Assembly (NCBI GenBank): GCA_963745035.1
Contig: CAVUVW010000014.1
Coordinates: forward strand, 288,001 to 352,000
Direction: 5' to 3'
Source of the DNA: an uncultured delta proteobacterium
GTDB taxonomy: Bacteria > Desulfobacterota > Binatia > UBA9968
DNA: 64,000 nucleotides
The notes below the pieces were generated by a model. It had not been told where the DNA came from. It was given only the letters and a program-made list of their open reading frames with translations, and ran no database searches. This document shows, piece after piece, positions 9,311 through 19,871 of this stretch (position 1 is the stretch's first letter; every line of letters starts with the position of its first letter). A program made the position numbers and the translations under genes.

Positions 9311-10258
9311 TCATTTTCCCGGCGTGGGAGCGCTCGGGATATGGCTCTCGTGAATTTGCAGGTACCACGTCGCGATCTCCTCGCGGCTGGGAAACCAAAC
9401 TCTGTCGCGCGACGCGGCATACTCGACGAACTCGCGCAGCGCGCCGATCCGATGCGCCTGCCCGATCACGTGCGGGTGCAGCCCGACGTTCATGATGCGG
9501 CCGGTCCGCGCGCCTTCGCCGTAAAGCTGATCGAAGCAGGTCTTGAGAGTTTCCAAACCCGCAGCGGCGGACATGCCGCCGCGGGCGAAGAGGTTAAAGT
9601 CGTTGATGTCGTTGGAGTAGGGCACGCAGACGATCGGGCCGTGCCCGGTGTGAATCAGATAGGGCTGATCGTCGTTCAAATAATCGCAATAGGCGATCAA
9701 GCCCTGCTCTTTCAAGAACGCCGGAGTATGAACGGTGCCGCGGATCGCCGAGGAGAGCCAGGCTTGCGCCGGCCGCCCGACGACTCTCTCGTAGGTTTCG
9801 AGAGTGCGGAGGATGAGCGCGCGCTCCGCATCCGGATCGTGCGCGTAAAAGGCCAGCAGATCGTTTTGCGCCCAGTTGTGCGGCACGAGCTCCCAGCCGC
9901 GCTCATTGCAGGCATCGACGATGCGGCGGCGCTCGGTCATGGTCATGCCGTTGATCGTGCAGGAAGGCTTGACCCCGACCTGATCGAACATGTCGATCAT
10001 GCGCCACACGCCCACGCGCTGGCCGTACTCGCGCCAAGTCCAATTCGCGGTGTCGAGCACGTCGCCGGGCAGCCCGTGCGGTATCGTCATCGGCCCGCCG
10101 GTGAAGAGCGGTTCTTTTTGGCCGGGCCGCGATTTTTCCCAATATTCGATATTGATCGTCAGAATCAGCGCAAGCTGCGCGCCGTTGGGAAAGCGCAGCG
10201 GCTTTCGATCGGGCAAGGGAACGTAAGGATAGTAGGAAGGCGGGGCTGCGTCGCTCAT
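9311..10258 (-). CDS. Polysaccharide deacetylase family protein (PuuE-like)
   Basis: INIEYW, WREYGQRVGVWR, NDDQPY, VGLHPHVIGQ. Confidence 0.88.
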   Translation of the reverse strand: MSDAAPPSYYPYVPLPDRKPLRFPNGAQLALILTINIEYWEKSRPGQKEPLFTGGPMTIPHGLPGDVLDTANWTWREYGQRVGVWRMIDMFDQVGVKPSCTINGMTMTERRRIVDACNERGWELVPHNWAQNDLLAFYAHDPDAERALILRTLETYERVVGRPAQAWLSSAIRGTVHTPAFLKEQGLIAYCDYLNDDQPYLIHTGHGPIVCVPYSNDINDFNLFARGGMSAAAGLETLKTCFDQLYGEGARTGRIMNVGLHPHVIGQAHRIGALREFVEYAASRDRVWFPSREEIATWYLQIHESHIPSAPTPGK

Positions 10259-10290
10259 CGCGAATGCTATCCTGTCGCTTTCCGGTTCCG

Positions 10291-11427
10291 CTACTCGTCT
10301 TTCCGCTTCATCCGGAACTCGCCGCGTTTGGCGCCGTTGAAGGTGCCGTTCACGAGCCACTGATGCGAGGCTTCATGGAGCGCGTCGTGGTTTTTCTCCC
10401 AGACGAGAAAATGCGAGCCGCACGGGATGCTGACAAAGACCTTGTTATCCGTGCCGAGATCTTCGTAAAGCTGCTTGTTCGAGGCGTTGAGCTCATCGAA
10501 CTCGCCGAGCATGACCAAGGTCGGCACCTTGATGCGTTTGGCCTCCTCCGCGTTCCAGCCCCAATACGTTCGGGTCGGCGCGCGCATCACGCCGGGGCCC
10601 CAGGTCATGCCCCGCGGATCGTGCTCTTTGCTCAGCTCCCAGATGCGATCGGGCATGCCCGGCTCGATCTGATCGGGACACTTGGCGAACGGAAACCAGC
10701 GCTGCTTTTCCGCCAGCTCGCGGCTCTGAATCGTGATCGGAAATCCCGGCGCGGGCAGAGAGGCCGGCGCCGCGCTCGGGTTTTTGCGCGAGTAGTTCGA
10801 TGACGCGAAGATTACCAGTTTTTCAACTTTTTCCGGACGCTCGCTGGTGTACGTGCCGATCCGGTAGCCGCCGCCCGACCAGCCGAGCAGGTTGATCTTG
10901 TCGACGCCGCGCAGCCCGCGAATGTACTCGATCACGCGGTCGAGCTCGTCGTGCTCGCTTTGGCGGTTTGCCAATTGAAACGGATACGGCGGCTTGCAGA
11001 CTTCGTCGAGCGTTTTGGGAATAAGCGTCTTTTGCAGCGCGGGACTAACGTTGCAGGGATCGTCCATCATCGGGTGCGCCGATTTGCCGTAGCCGGTCAT
11101 GTCCATGGCGAAGACGTCGAATCCGGCGCGCGCGAGATAGGCCATCCAGCTATACGTTTCATGCTCGACGTCGAAGGCCAACGTCGAAGGCGAAACGCCG
11201 CCGTGAACCATCAAAACCACCGGCCGCGTCTTTTGCTCGTCGCCGGTCATCACCTTCTCGCGCACGAAGATCTGCACCTGCTCGCCTTTGTTGGCGGGCA
11301 CGGTAGAAACGTGGGGCACCTTGTGATCGATGGTGCGAATCCCGTCACTGCCCATATTCAGCGCGCCACAGCCCGACATCGCCGGCAATGACAAGACCAG
11401 CGCCGCCAGCGTAAATCTTTTTGCCAT
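10291..11427 (-). CDS. Alpha/beta hydrolase, predicted lipoprotein
   Basis: MSGC lipobox-like, VLMVHGG, GWSGGG nucleophile elbow, GEFD, GSH. Confidence 0.85.
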   Translation of the reverse strand: MAKRFTLAALVLSLPAMSGCGALNMGSDGIRTIDHKVPHVSTVPANKGEQVQIFVREKVMTGDEQKTRPVVLMVHGGVSPSTLAFDVEHETYSWMAYLARAGFDVFAMDMTGYGKSAHPMMDDPCNVSPALQKTLIPKTLDEVCKPPYPFQLANRQSEHDELDRVIEYIRGLRGVDKINLLGWSGGGYRIGTYTSERPEKVEKLVIFASSNYSRKNPSAAPASLPAPGFPITIQSRELAEKQRWFPFAKCPDQIEPGMPDRIWELSKEHDPRGMTWGPGVMRAPTRTYWGWNAEEAKRIKVPTLVMLGEFDELNASNKQLYEDLGTDNKVFVSIPCGSHFLVWEKNHDALHEASHQWLVNGTFNGAKRGEFRMKRKDE

Positions 11428-11543
11428 CGTTCCATGCTCCAAAGTTGGTTGGGTTCTTATGTGAGGAATGAAAGCCGGTAATGATGACCCGGCACATTTG
11501 CCGCCGAAGCGCCGAGCTTCGCCCGCGCCTTTGGCGGGCAGGC

Positions 11544-12038
11544 TCATTGCGCGGCCTTGTCGATCTGTTCTGCGCTCGTTTCCGGCCGGTGCGGAACCGG
11601 CGATTTCACGATCTCGTCGTAGGTCGGCGTCGGCATCCCGGCTTTCCAGCTCGCGTCGCGCAGCTCGATGCGATTGCCGCTCGGATCGAGCACGAAAAGC
11701 TGGCGGCCGGTGAAAAAGCCGCCGGGCCGGTAATCGACCGGCTCGCGAATCTGGATGCCGAGATCATGAAAAACTTTGCAAGCGCGCACGAACATTTCCG
11801 GGCTGACGTCGAAGGCGTGATGCAAGCGACCGTCTTGCTCCACCGTCCGCACGAGCGGTTCGTTGCGCTGACAAAGAATAATATTATGGTTGCCGAGCTT
11901 GAAACAGGACATGGGCGAGTGGGCGAGCCGGCCGACGTGTTCCAGGCCGAGGATTTCGCCGTAAAACTTTTCCGACTCCTCGAGATTGTTCACCGGAATC
12001 GACCAGTGAACCACGGCATCGAGTTTCAAGAGACCCAT
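11544..12038 (-). CDS. VOC/glyoxalase family protein
   Basis: HWSIPVNNLEESEKFYGEILGL, HHAF, DPSGNRIEL. Confidence 0.88.
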   Translation of the reverse strand: MGLLKLDAVVHWSIPVNNLEESEKFYGEILGLEHVGRLAHSPMSCFKLGNHNIILCQRNEPLVRTVEQDGRLHHAFDVSPEMFVRACKVFHDLGIQIREPVDYRPGGFFTGRQLFVLDPSGNRIELRDASWKAGMPTPTYDEIVKSPVPHRPETSAEQIDKAAQ

Positions 12039-12569
12039 AGGCGTTCTCCTTTGGAGCTTGCCTTATCGCATTCACCGGAAGCTGTCTACAACGACAGCGA
12101 TTCTTTGACAATCGGAAGGCCCGTTCCGCGATGGCCGAGTCGTTTCAGACAACACAGGCGCAGGAAATGACCACTCTGGTCCAAGACGGCGTGCCCAAAG
12201 AACTGCAGGCCGGCACACGGAGAAAAATTGGCCGCGGGCGGGAACGATTGAAAGACCACCTCGGGACCGAAGGTATTGTCCAAAGCGTTGGGACCAAAGC
12301 TGCCAGCATTGAGCGGGCCTGAGCGAATTCCCAGAATGGGTTGAAATCTTTGAACTGAGCCTTTTCCGGGGTGTAGTAAGCGTTTCGCCGCAACCCTGTC
12401 GCGAACGATGGGACAGCCTCCGCGGACAAATTTTATTGACGCACCGTAGACCCTGTGTTAATTGGCAATTTTCGAGACCAATTCGTTCATCGCCAAGACG
12501 GGTTGGCGAAAATCTTTGAGATTCCGCCGCACAAGTTCGCATCGAGCATTCACCTGGAGGTTTAGGAAA

Positions 12570-13631
12570 ATGAAATTATTCAGCGCCAAATTACTCGTGG
12601 CTGCAGTCCTGGTAACCGTTCCTTGCCTTCCCAGCGCATGGGCGCAGGGGAGAACGCCGCTCTCTTCCGGCGAGCTGGCGGCATACAGCGGGCCCGATCG
12701 AGAGCAGCGTCTTGTCGAAGGGGCGAAGGCCGAAGGTAAAGTGGTCTGGTACACTTCCCTCGCCGGCAGTTCTTATAAAGAAATCGCCAAAGGCTTCGAG
12801 ACGAAATATCCCGGGATAAAAGTTGAGACCTATCGCGGCACCAGCACGGACATCATGACCCGGATCAGCGCCGAGGCGCAAGCCAAGCAAACCCTCGCCG
12901 ACGTTCTCGAGACGACCATGCCGCCGTTGACCTATCTGCGCGAAAACAAATTGCTCGCCGCCTACAATTCACCCCATCTCGGCAAGTATCCGGCGAGCAC
13001 AAAAGAAAACGCCGGGCGCGGGCTGGTCTACTGGGTCATCGATCGCGAAACCTACAGCGGCGTCGGCTACAACACGAATCTCATTCCCGCCGCCGCCGTG
13101 CCGAAAAACTACGGCGACCTGCTGAAACCGGAGCTCAAAGGAAAAATCGGATTCGTCTCCAACGAAACCGGCGTGCGCGCGCTGGGTGGGATGCTCAAAG
13201 TGAAAGGGGAAGAATTCGTCAAAAAATTAAAATCCCAGGAAATCGTTCTGCAATCCGTATCGGGGCGAGCGATGGCGGATCTGGTCGTTTCCGGTGAAGT
13301 ACCGCTCTCCCCGACGATCTTTCGCGACCATGCGACGGAGCTCAAAGCCAAAGGAGCGCCGGTGGAATGGGTGCCGATGGATGTAACGCCGACCAACACC
13401 GGCGGCGTCGCGATTATGGCCCGCGCGGCTCGTCCGCATGCAGCCCTGCTGATGGCGGATTTTCTTCTCAGTCCCGAAGGTGCAAAAATTCTCAGCGACT
13501 TGGAATACGGCAGCCCGCTGAAACCAACGAGCTATAAGCTCTGGTATCCCGAAGCCGGCATGTCGATGGCTCAGTACGATAAAGCGATGGAGCGGTGGGA
13601 AAAGTTACTCAGAGAAATCGGCCGCAAATAG
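12570..13631 (+). CDS. ABC transporter extracellular solute-binding protein (Fe3+/thiamine type)
   Basis: GGAGG RBS, signal peptide, GAKAEGKVVWYTS, YNTNLI, PHAALLMADFLLSPEG. Confidence 0.88.
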   Translation: MKLFSAKLLVAAVLVTVPCLPSAWAQGRTPLSSGELAAYSGPDREQRLVEGAKAEGKVVWYTSLAGSSYKEIAKGFETKYPGIKVETYRGTSTDIMTRISAEAQAKQTLADVLETTMPPLTYLRENKLLAAYNSPHLGKYPASTKENAGRGLVYWVIDRETYSGVGYNTNLIPAAAVPKNYGDLLKPELKGKIGFVSNETGVRALGGMLKVKGEEFVKKLKSQEIVLQSVSGRAMADLVVSGEVPLSPTIFRDHATELKAKGAPVEWVPMDVTPTNTGGVAIMARAARPHAALLMADFLLSPEGAKILSDLEYGSPLKPTSYKLWYPEAGMSMAQYDKAMERWEKLLREIGRK

Positions 13632-13936
13632 GAATCGCCACTACGGTCGGCAGCGTGGACGCGACGGTCATCACGAGCCCGGCCGAGTTTGCGGCCGAGA
13701 AGCAGGGACTGCGCGTGATCATGCCGGCGCGCGAGTTGGGAGAGCTCGTGCGCATTCCGATCACCGGCATCGGCGCGACCCAGAAAAAGATGGAAAAAGA
13801 TCCCGATGAGATCGTCCGGCTCCTGCGCGCGCTGCGCCTGGCGACGCTCTATCCGCTGAACAATCCCGAATATCGCCAGTCGGTGTTTCAAAGAATAATG
13901 CGCGTCAGCCCTCCTCTGACCACCGTTGTGTCGTGA
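13632..13936 (+). pseudogene. Internal fragment of an NMT1-type substrate-binding protein
   Basis: GSVDATVITSPAEFAAEKQGLRVI...DPDEIVRLLRALRLA without signal peptide or C-terminus. Confidence 0.65.
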
Positions 13937-14049
13937 GTTTTTAACTTTGTCGCGTTACCGCAAATCGGCTCTTCCCCGGTAGTCAGCCAGCGGTGGACTC
14001 TCGAAATGGCCGCTTCACTTCTATGATCTTTCTTGGCATCATCGCGGGA

Positions 14050-16061
14050 AATGCAAATGCCGCCCGAGTCACATGCTGTTAAACCAGTGTCGTCGCGTGC
14101 TTGGTATTCCTCCTCCATTGAAGATTTTCTAAAAACCCAACCAACTACGGTCATTGGTGAACTGGCGACAAACACAGATTTTACCCTGCTTCCTACGCAG
14201 AAGGATGCTTGGTTACAGCAGCTTGGTTTTCTGCAAGAGCACCTTGTTGGTCTAACCGGTGCGGTGCTTTTAGAGTTCAACATTCCGCGCATGGGTCGGC
14301 GGATTGATACGGTTCTGCTCGTTGGCCCAGTCGTGTTCGTGATTGAGTTTAAAGTTGGTGAGAGCAGCTTTGATCGTGCGGCGTCGGACCAAGTTTGGGA
14401 TTACGCGTTGGATCTGAAGAATTTTCACGAAGCTAGCCATTCTGCTTCAATCGTTCCTGTTCTCGTCGCTACTGAAGCGACGAAGTCGCCTGAGTTGAGG
14501 CTTAGCGCAGACGACGACAAAGTGTATCGCCCCATTTACGTGCATCCCGCTGGTTTTCGAGGCGTCATTGACACTGCACTCCAAACTGTAGGGGACGAGA
14601 TAATCGATCAACAGAAATGGTCGAACGCTCGCTATCGTCCAACGCCGACCATCGTGGAAGCTGCTCGGGCTCTTTATGCTCAGCATTCGGTCGAGGCCAT
14701 CGCCCGTTTCGATGCAGGAGCGCAGAATTTAAGGGTCACATCATCTCGAATCGAAGAACTGGTGGACCAGGCGAGGGCACAGAAGTGCAAGCTCATTTGT
14801 TTCGTCACGGGTGTTCCTGGAGCAGGCAAAACACTCGTTGGCCTTAACATCGCTACCCAACACCGCGATGTAAACCAGCCAACACACGCCGTTTTTCTTT
14901 CAGGGAACGGTCCGCTAGTCGCTGTACTACGGGAAGCGCTGACCCGTGACGAGGTGGAACGCAAAAAGACTCAAGGGGTTCGGGTTCGAAAGGGAGAAGT
15001 CGGCGAGAGCGTAAAGGCGTTCATCCAGAACGTTCACAATTTCCGCGACGAGGCTTTGATCGACTCATCTCCTCCGCCCGAACATGTGGTGATATTCGAT
15101 GAGGCGCAGCGTGCGTGGAATTTGCAAAAAACCGCAAATTTCATGAAGAGGCGAAAAAATCGGCCTGGATTCTCGCATTCCGAACCGGAATTCCTCATCT
15201 CGTGCATGGATCGCCACACGAATGGGCAGTGATTGTTTGCCTTGTCGGTGGAGGACAGGAGATTCACACAGGCGAAGCCGGCATCGATTCTTGGCTTGAC
15301 GCAATAAATGCTAGCTTCCCACGTTGGCACATGCACATCTCATCAAGACTCACCGATACCGAATACGCTGCTGGCAAAGCTTTGGGCGCAGTCCGTCAGC
15401 GCCAGAATACTCACTTCGACGATTGTCTACATCTTGCCGTCTCGATGAGATCGTTTCGGGCCGAGAATGTTTCAGCTTTCGTCAAAGCATTGCTCGACTG
15501 TGAAAAGCAGCAAGCACGCGACGCTTTCGTGCAATTAGTGGATCGTTATCCTATCGCCCTTACTCGGGACCTGCGCCGTGCTAAGCAATGGATTCGTGAG
15601 CATGCTAGGGGAACCGAGAGATTTGGATTGGTTGCGTCATCCAAGGCTCAACGTCTCAAACCTCATGCGATCGATATTCGTGTGGACGTTGATCCGGTCC
15701 ATTGGTTTTTAAATGATAAGGATGACACCCGATCGAGCTACTATCTCGAGGATGCCGCCACGGAGTTTCAGGTGCAAGGTTTGGAATTAGACTGGGCCTG
15801 TGTGACTTGGGATGGCGATCTGCGTTTCACCGGTTCCGGGTGGAGCTATCACGATTTTCGCGGTACTCGCTGGTGTAACATCGCGAACCCGGACAGTCGC
15901 CGCTACGTATGCAACGCCTATAGAGTCCTGCTCACCCGCGCTCGGCAAGGGATGGTAATTTTCGTGCCGCCGGTGACTCAACTGATCCCACTAGGTCTCC
16001 AGCGTTTTACGATTCAACATTTAACTATCTGACCGAGCTCGGCATTCCCGTCCTGCAATAG
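14050..16061 (+). CDS. DUF2075 / Schlafen-group-3-type nuclease-helicase, frameshifts near 15218 and 15972
   Basis: RRIDTVLL..VIEFK nuclease-like N-terminus, GVPGAGKT Walker A, IFDEAQR, TEFQVQGLELDW, NAYRVLLTRARQG. Confidence 0.85.
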
Positions 16062-16093
16062 GCGTTTCGGCCGCGTCTTCAATAGGAGATCAG

Positions 16094-16334
16094 TCAGAAA
16101 CCAGCGGAACCATCTTCCTTAGCAAGAACAACGGCAATTGCTAATGCGTTGCGCAGCATAAAAGCACCGTAAATGTCGGCGAGCTTCAAGAGTTCATGCG
16201 CACCTGACAGAGTCCAATCTGCCGAATCCGCAAGTTCTTTGATAATTCTTGACTCGTCGTATGTGCCATTACTTTGCTCCGCTAAGCGCTGCATATTCGT
16301 CGACCAAAGAATCTACGTGCTCACCCTCTGTCAT
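16094..16334 (-). CDS. Small hypothetical protein (about 80 aa, probable frameshift near 16280)
   Basis: ATG at 16334 joins ORF 16094..16294 after a 1-nt shift (MTEGEHVDSLVDEY...FMLRNALAIAVVL). Confidence 0.5.
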
Positions 16335-16563
16335 AGACTGCTCTTTCCTCTCGTTCGGATTGAGACATTAATACCGCTTTTTGACTAAAGAAGCCGGCGG
16401 TGAGAAGAGGTCAATAGGACAAGCTGTTTTCAAGCAGATCAACGAGCCTTGCCTTCAGTGGCGTCCTACGGCAATACTCCGGTCGATTCTTTTTTTGGCT
16501 GCGTATGGTTCTCAGTCACCTTTTCATACTCCTCCTTCTCGCACACGCGAGCTTCAGCACAGA

Positions 16564-16623
16564 GGCTTCAAGGCTTCAGGGTCACTCCGGCTTCAGTCCG
16601 GCTTCAGGATCAAATCTTGACTT
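16564..16623 (+). repeat. Short GGCTTCA repeats (4 copies)
   Basis: ggcttca occurs four times, followed by gatcaaatcttgact. Confidence 0.45.
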
Positions 16624-16741
16624 AGGTACTCCGGTTTGACGGATTAAGTAACGGGCCCGGGCATGGTCGACTTGCCTAAGTCTCCTCGTAGCGTGGCGAG
16701 GGCTTTCCCGCACACTTGCCGTGGGATTGGAACAGTTATCC

Positions 16742-17143
16742 TTACAGATGTGAGAAGAACGCAGGCGCTTCTTGCCACCTGTCGTTCAGCCCGTCAATGT
16801 ACGTGATCGGCACCTTGGAAAGTTCTTCCTCCGTAACTTCCTCCAGGCAGCCGACGTTCACGCCGTACATCTTGCCGATGGGAGTCTCATTGCCGACGCC
16901 GAAGGCGCGGACGCCGCAGTTTTTGCAGAAGAAGTGCTGGTTCTTCTTGGTATTAAAGCGGTACTCGGTCATCTCGTGCTCGCCCGCTAGCAAGCGAAAG
17001 CTCTCGGGCTTGGCAACTGCCACCCAGAACCGGTTTCTCCTGCAGATGGAGCAGTTGCACCGGTACGTGCTCGCCGTCAAGTCGAGGTCGGCCTCGAATC
17101 GAACCGCTCCGCAGTGGCAACTGCCGCGATAGGTCTTCAACAT
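16742..17143 (-). CDS. GFA (glutathione-dependent formaldehyde-activating / CENP-V) family protein
   Basis: GSCHCGAV, CNCSIC, FCKNCG zinc motifs; GGAGG RBS. Confidence 0.92.
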   Translation of the reverse strand: MLKTYRGSCHCGAVRFEADLDLTASTYRCNCSICRRNRFWVAVAKPESFRLLAGEHEMTEYRFNTKKNQHFFCKNCGVRAFGVGNETPIGKMYGVNVGCLEEVTEEELSKVPITYIDGLNDRWQEAPAFFSHL

Positions 17144-17166
17144 TCATCGCCTCCTGGGTCTGGTCA

Positions 17167-17190
17167 TCGTGTTCGTGTTTCGTGATCGTG
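17167..17190. repeat. 24-bp CGTG-hexamer-type repeat, identical copy at 18303-18326
   Basis: TCGTGTTCGTGTTTCGTGATCGTG at both loci; related array at 28281-28348. Confidence 0.8.
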
Positions 17191-17192
17191 TC

Positions 17193-17564
17193 TTACTGGC
17201 CGACGCCACTTCGATCTGGCGCCGCACCGCGCGCCGATGAGCGTAAGTCAGCTGGGCGGCCATGCACGCAAGCTCCAGGTAGTAGTTTTCTCAAGCGAAC
17301 CTCGCTCCAGTCAAGCACCCGAGCCGCAACCAACGACTGTTGCGCGATCAGGAATCCGCCGGCGAAGAGAAAGACGAGACCCGGTCCGGGAATGAAGAGA
17401 AGAAGGAACCCCGCGGCCATGAGCAAGAGGCCGCCGACAATCAGGAGTGCCTTTTGAATCGGACTGCGGCCGGCGCTATGACGGCGCTTGAACTCTTGCT
17501 GAAAACGCTGCCCCGGGTTAGCCGCTTTGAGACGTAGCCAGGTTTGTTTGAACTTTTCCCACAT
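17193..17564 (-). CDS. PGPGW-domain membrane protein
   Basis: GGLLLMAAGFLLLFIPGPGLVFLFAGG hydrophobic hairpin. Confidence 0.7.
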   Translation of the reverse strand: MWEKFKQTWLRLKAANPGQRFQQEFKRRHSAGRSPIQKALLIVGGLLLMAAGFLLLFIPGPGLVFLFAGGFLIAQQSLVAARVLDWSEVRLRKLLPGACVHGRPADLRSSARGAAPDRSGVGQ

Positions 17565-17758
17565 TGCGACTGACCCTTCGGCTGTCGCGGGTCTTGCCAA
17601 GCAGCTTAGCACCGCATCATACCGATGGAACCGGGTGGGTATGTGGGAAAGATTCAACTACGTTCGCCGCTTGCCGGCCATTATTTCCTTACCAACGACA
17701 TATAACGTTCAACGGCCGTCGCATTAGCCGGCCGATTCCATTCGTGCCATCGTTCCGC

Positions 17759-18330
17759 TCAGATCCCTTCGTTCGGCGGGTCAACCGCGGCGCAGGTGGC
17801 GCGCCATTCTCCCGGTTCGCTGCCGATGAGCGTGAATAATTTCTGGTACTCTTCAACCTCTGCGTTGCCTTCCCAGGGAACGCTCTTGTGAGCGATCGTA
17901 GTGTCGTGGTCTAGTATCCAGAGTGAGCGATAATAAAAACCGCCGTGGTGATGTTCTTTCTCGCGGAGCAGGCCGTAGCGCTGCGCGATGTCGAGATCGC
18001 TGTCCGAACGTAGAGGTAAGGAAGTTCCTCGCCGAAGAGCTTGAGCGCGTATTGGCGGTGTTGTTCGAGGGAATCGGGCGAGATCATGACGAGATCGGCG
18101 CCTGCTTTAAGTATCTTCGTATAATCCTGCTTCAACGAAGCAGCCATGCTCGCGGCTCAGTTGGGGTGATATCGGTAACTATCCTGGCTCGTGAGAATGA
18201 GATTCTTATGCCGCACGGCGAGTTGATGCAGCGAAACCCTGCCATCGGCGGCTTCGATGAAAAACTCGGGAGCCTTCAGGCCGACGTGAGTGCCTTCACT
18301 TGTCGTGTTCGTGTTTCGTGATCGTGGCAT
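17759..18330 (-). CDS. Putative selenoprotein: peroxiredoxin-like (AhpC/TSA) with HPNU, frameshift near 18005
   Basis: VGLKAPEF...RYHPN-TGA(18157-18159)-AASMAASL in frame; ISPDS, SDSDLDIAQRYG, YRSLWILD Prx-type motifs; start uncertain. Confidence 0.75.
18127..18156 (-). promoter_or_regulatory. Bacterial SECIS-like hairpin (Prx-like gene)
   Basis: Perfect 7-bp stem CUGCUUC-GUU-GAAGCAG, loop starting 21 nt after UGA. Confidence 0.65.
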
Positions 18331-18374
18331 AGGTTGCAACGACATAGAAAACTCAAAGCGCTCAGCTTTATTTT

Positions 18375-19055
18375 TCATTTCGCCGCGAAGCAGTAAAAGC
18401 GGCCGGCGCCGCCGCGCGGGGCGGTGTCGGCGCAGCTGCCATTTTCATGGGACGAGTTCCAGATGGCGTATCTCCCGGTCGGGTCGCCCATAGGCCCTAA
18501 GCCGTCGGAGTGGCCCACCTGAGCCTGTTGGTCTGCAGCCTCCGAGGTCCAATCGTTGCACGTCTTTCCCGCCATGACCTTACCGTCGGCGGTCGAGCCG
18601 GTGAGAATGTCATGGGCGTTGGGTCTCGGTGAATCCGGCCAGTTGCCCGGAACGCGCTGCCCGCGCTCGTCGAGGAAAACGTCGGCGTCGCCTTTGCGGC
18701 CGTGCAGCTCGTCGAGATTTTTCGCGATCACTTCGCCTTTGGCATTGGACCACGGGCCGGTGCCGATGCGGCTCCGCGCGTCGGTCGGTTTGTTGCCGTT
18801 GCCGGGATCTCTTTCCGCGCTCAAGTAGGCGCGCCAGGTCTTGTTGCCGAGACCGACGGCGGTCGCGAGCTCCTGGCAAATCTTATCTGCGCCGCGCAGC
18901 CCGCCCAAGTTGGCGGTCTTGTTCCCGGTGCTGGTGACAAAAAAGCTCATGGCCGGACTGGTCTGAGCGCCCTCGGCGCTGATACCTTGGTTTCTGTCAC
19001 TGCTGACGATAGCGAGCGTTAGGACTGCGGCGAGAAGAAAAATATGTCGCTTCAT
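18375..19055 (-). CDS. Secreted lectin/endostatin-like domain protein
   Basis: Signal peptide, SFFVTS..NLGGLRGADKIC, WRAYLS, HDILTGS, GRFYCFA. Confidence 0.75.
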   Translation of the reverse strand: MKRHIFLLAAVLTLAIVSSDRNQGISAEGAQTSPAMSFFVTSTGNKTANLGGLRGADKICQELATAVGLGNKTWRAYLSAERDPGNGNKPTDARSRIGTGPWSNAKGEVIAKNLDELHGRKGDADVFLDERGQRVPGNWPDSPRPNAHDILTGSTADGKVMAGKTCNDWTSEAADQQAQVGHSDGLGPMGDPTGRYAIWNSSHENGSCADTAPRGGAGRFYCFAAK

Positions 19056-19166
19056 AAGAATTTCCTTTCGCGTAAGAATCAGCACGCCTGGCCGTACTGG
19101 GAAAGTAACATTAATTTGCGGAAAAATCCCTGGCCTTCATTTCTTAAATGAAGCGATCGGGCCGGC

Positions 19167-19856
19167 TCATTCCGGTTTATTTCCCAAGCGCCGAAGCATT
19201 CGCTTGATCGCGACTCGGGCGCGGGTGAGAGGTGTGATCTTGCCTCCCTCGAACCGGATTCGGAGTTCGACGTAAAATTTGGATAGTGAATTGAGAATCC
19301 GTTTGAACAGGTCATCCTGGCCGGCGGTGTTACCGCGGCAGATATGGTCGTGGCAGCCGATCGCTACGGCTTGCACGGGCACGAGGAGTTGGATTTTCGA
19401 AAGGCTCTCGAGGTCCAGCGTTTTCTCCGCCGACTCGATCTGCATGGCTTTGCTCCGCACTTCGTGCTTATCGCGCGCATACTCCTCGTAGCGCAGCGAG
19501 ATGAGCTTTTCCCAATCGCGCAGATGCTGGGCCTCTACACCCAGGCTCTTGAGCTGCCCCACATACGCGGCGGGAATCCGGTCTTTCAACTCGGCGAAAT
19601 AATTGCGCAGCTCCGGCGCAACGCGGAGATCGGGCGCCTCGAGCAGAAGCATGACGAGCGCGAGAAACGCGACCACCAGCTCGTTGAAGATCCGGTCCTG
19701 TTCAACCTGGCTCAACCGCTCGAAGTCGACCATGCGGCGGACTTCTTTGTCGCAAAATATCTCGTAGGCTGCCGCCGAAGCCGACTGCGACAGATTCGCC
19801 GCCGTCGCCTGAGCCATTTGATCGGGCGAATCAAATTCCGGTAACCGTGTCTTCAT
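19167..19856 (-). CDS. Hypothetical alpha-helical protein (229 aa)
   Basis: Uninterrupted ORF co-oriented with neighbours; IGCHDHIC motif. Confidence 0.65.
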   Translation of the reverse strand: MKTRLPEFDSPDQMAQATAANLSQSASAAAYEIFCDKEVRRMVDFERLSQVEQDRIFNELVVAFLALVMLLLEAPDLRVAPELRNYFAELKDRIPAAYVGQLKSLGVEAQHLRDWEKLISLRYEEYARDKHEVRSKAMQIESAEKTLDLESLSKIQLLVPVQAVAIGCHDHICRGNTAGQDDLFKRILNSLSKFYVELRIRFEGGKITPLTRARVAIKRMLRRLGNKPE

Positions 19857-19871
19857 GTTGGATCACGTGGG

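Noticed and set aside
12040-12560. Short ORFs or a riboswitch between the VOC and SBP genes
   Set aside because: No recognisable protein motif or riboswitch consensus; probably divergent promoter region
17759-17761. Second possible Sec codon at the end of the Prx-like gene
   Set aside because: No Cys-type motif context or clear hairpin, and only a short tail follows; treated as a true stop
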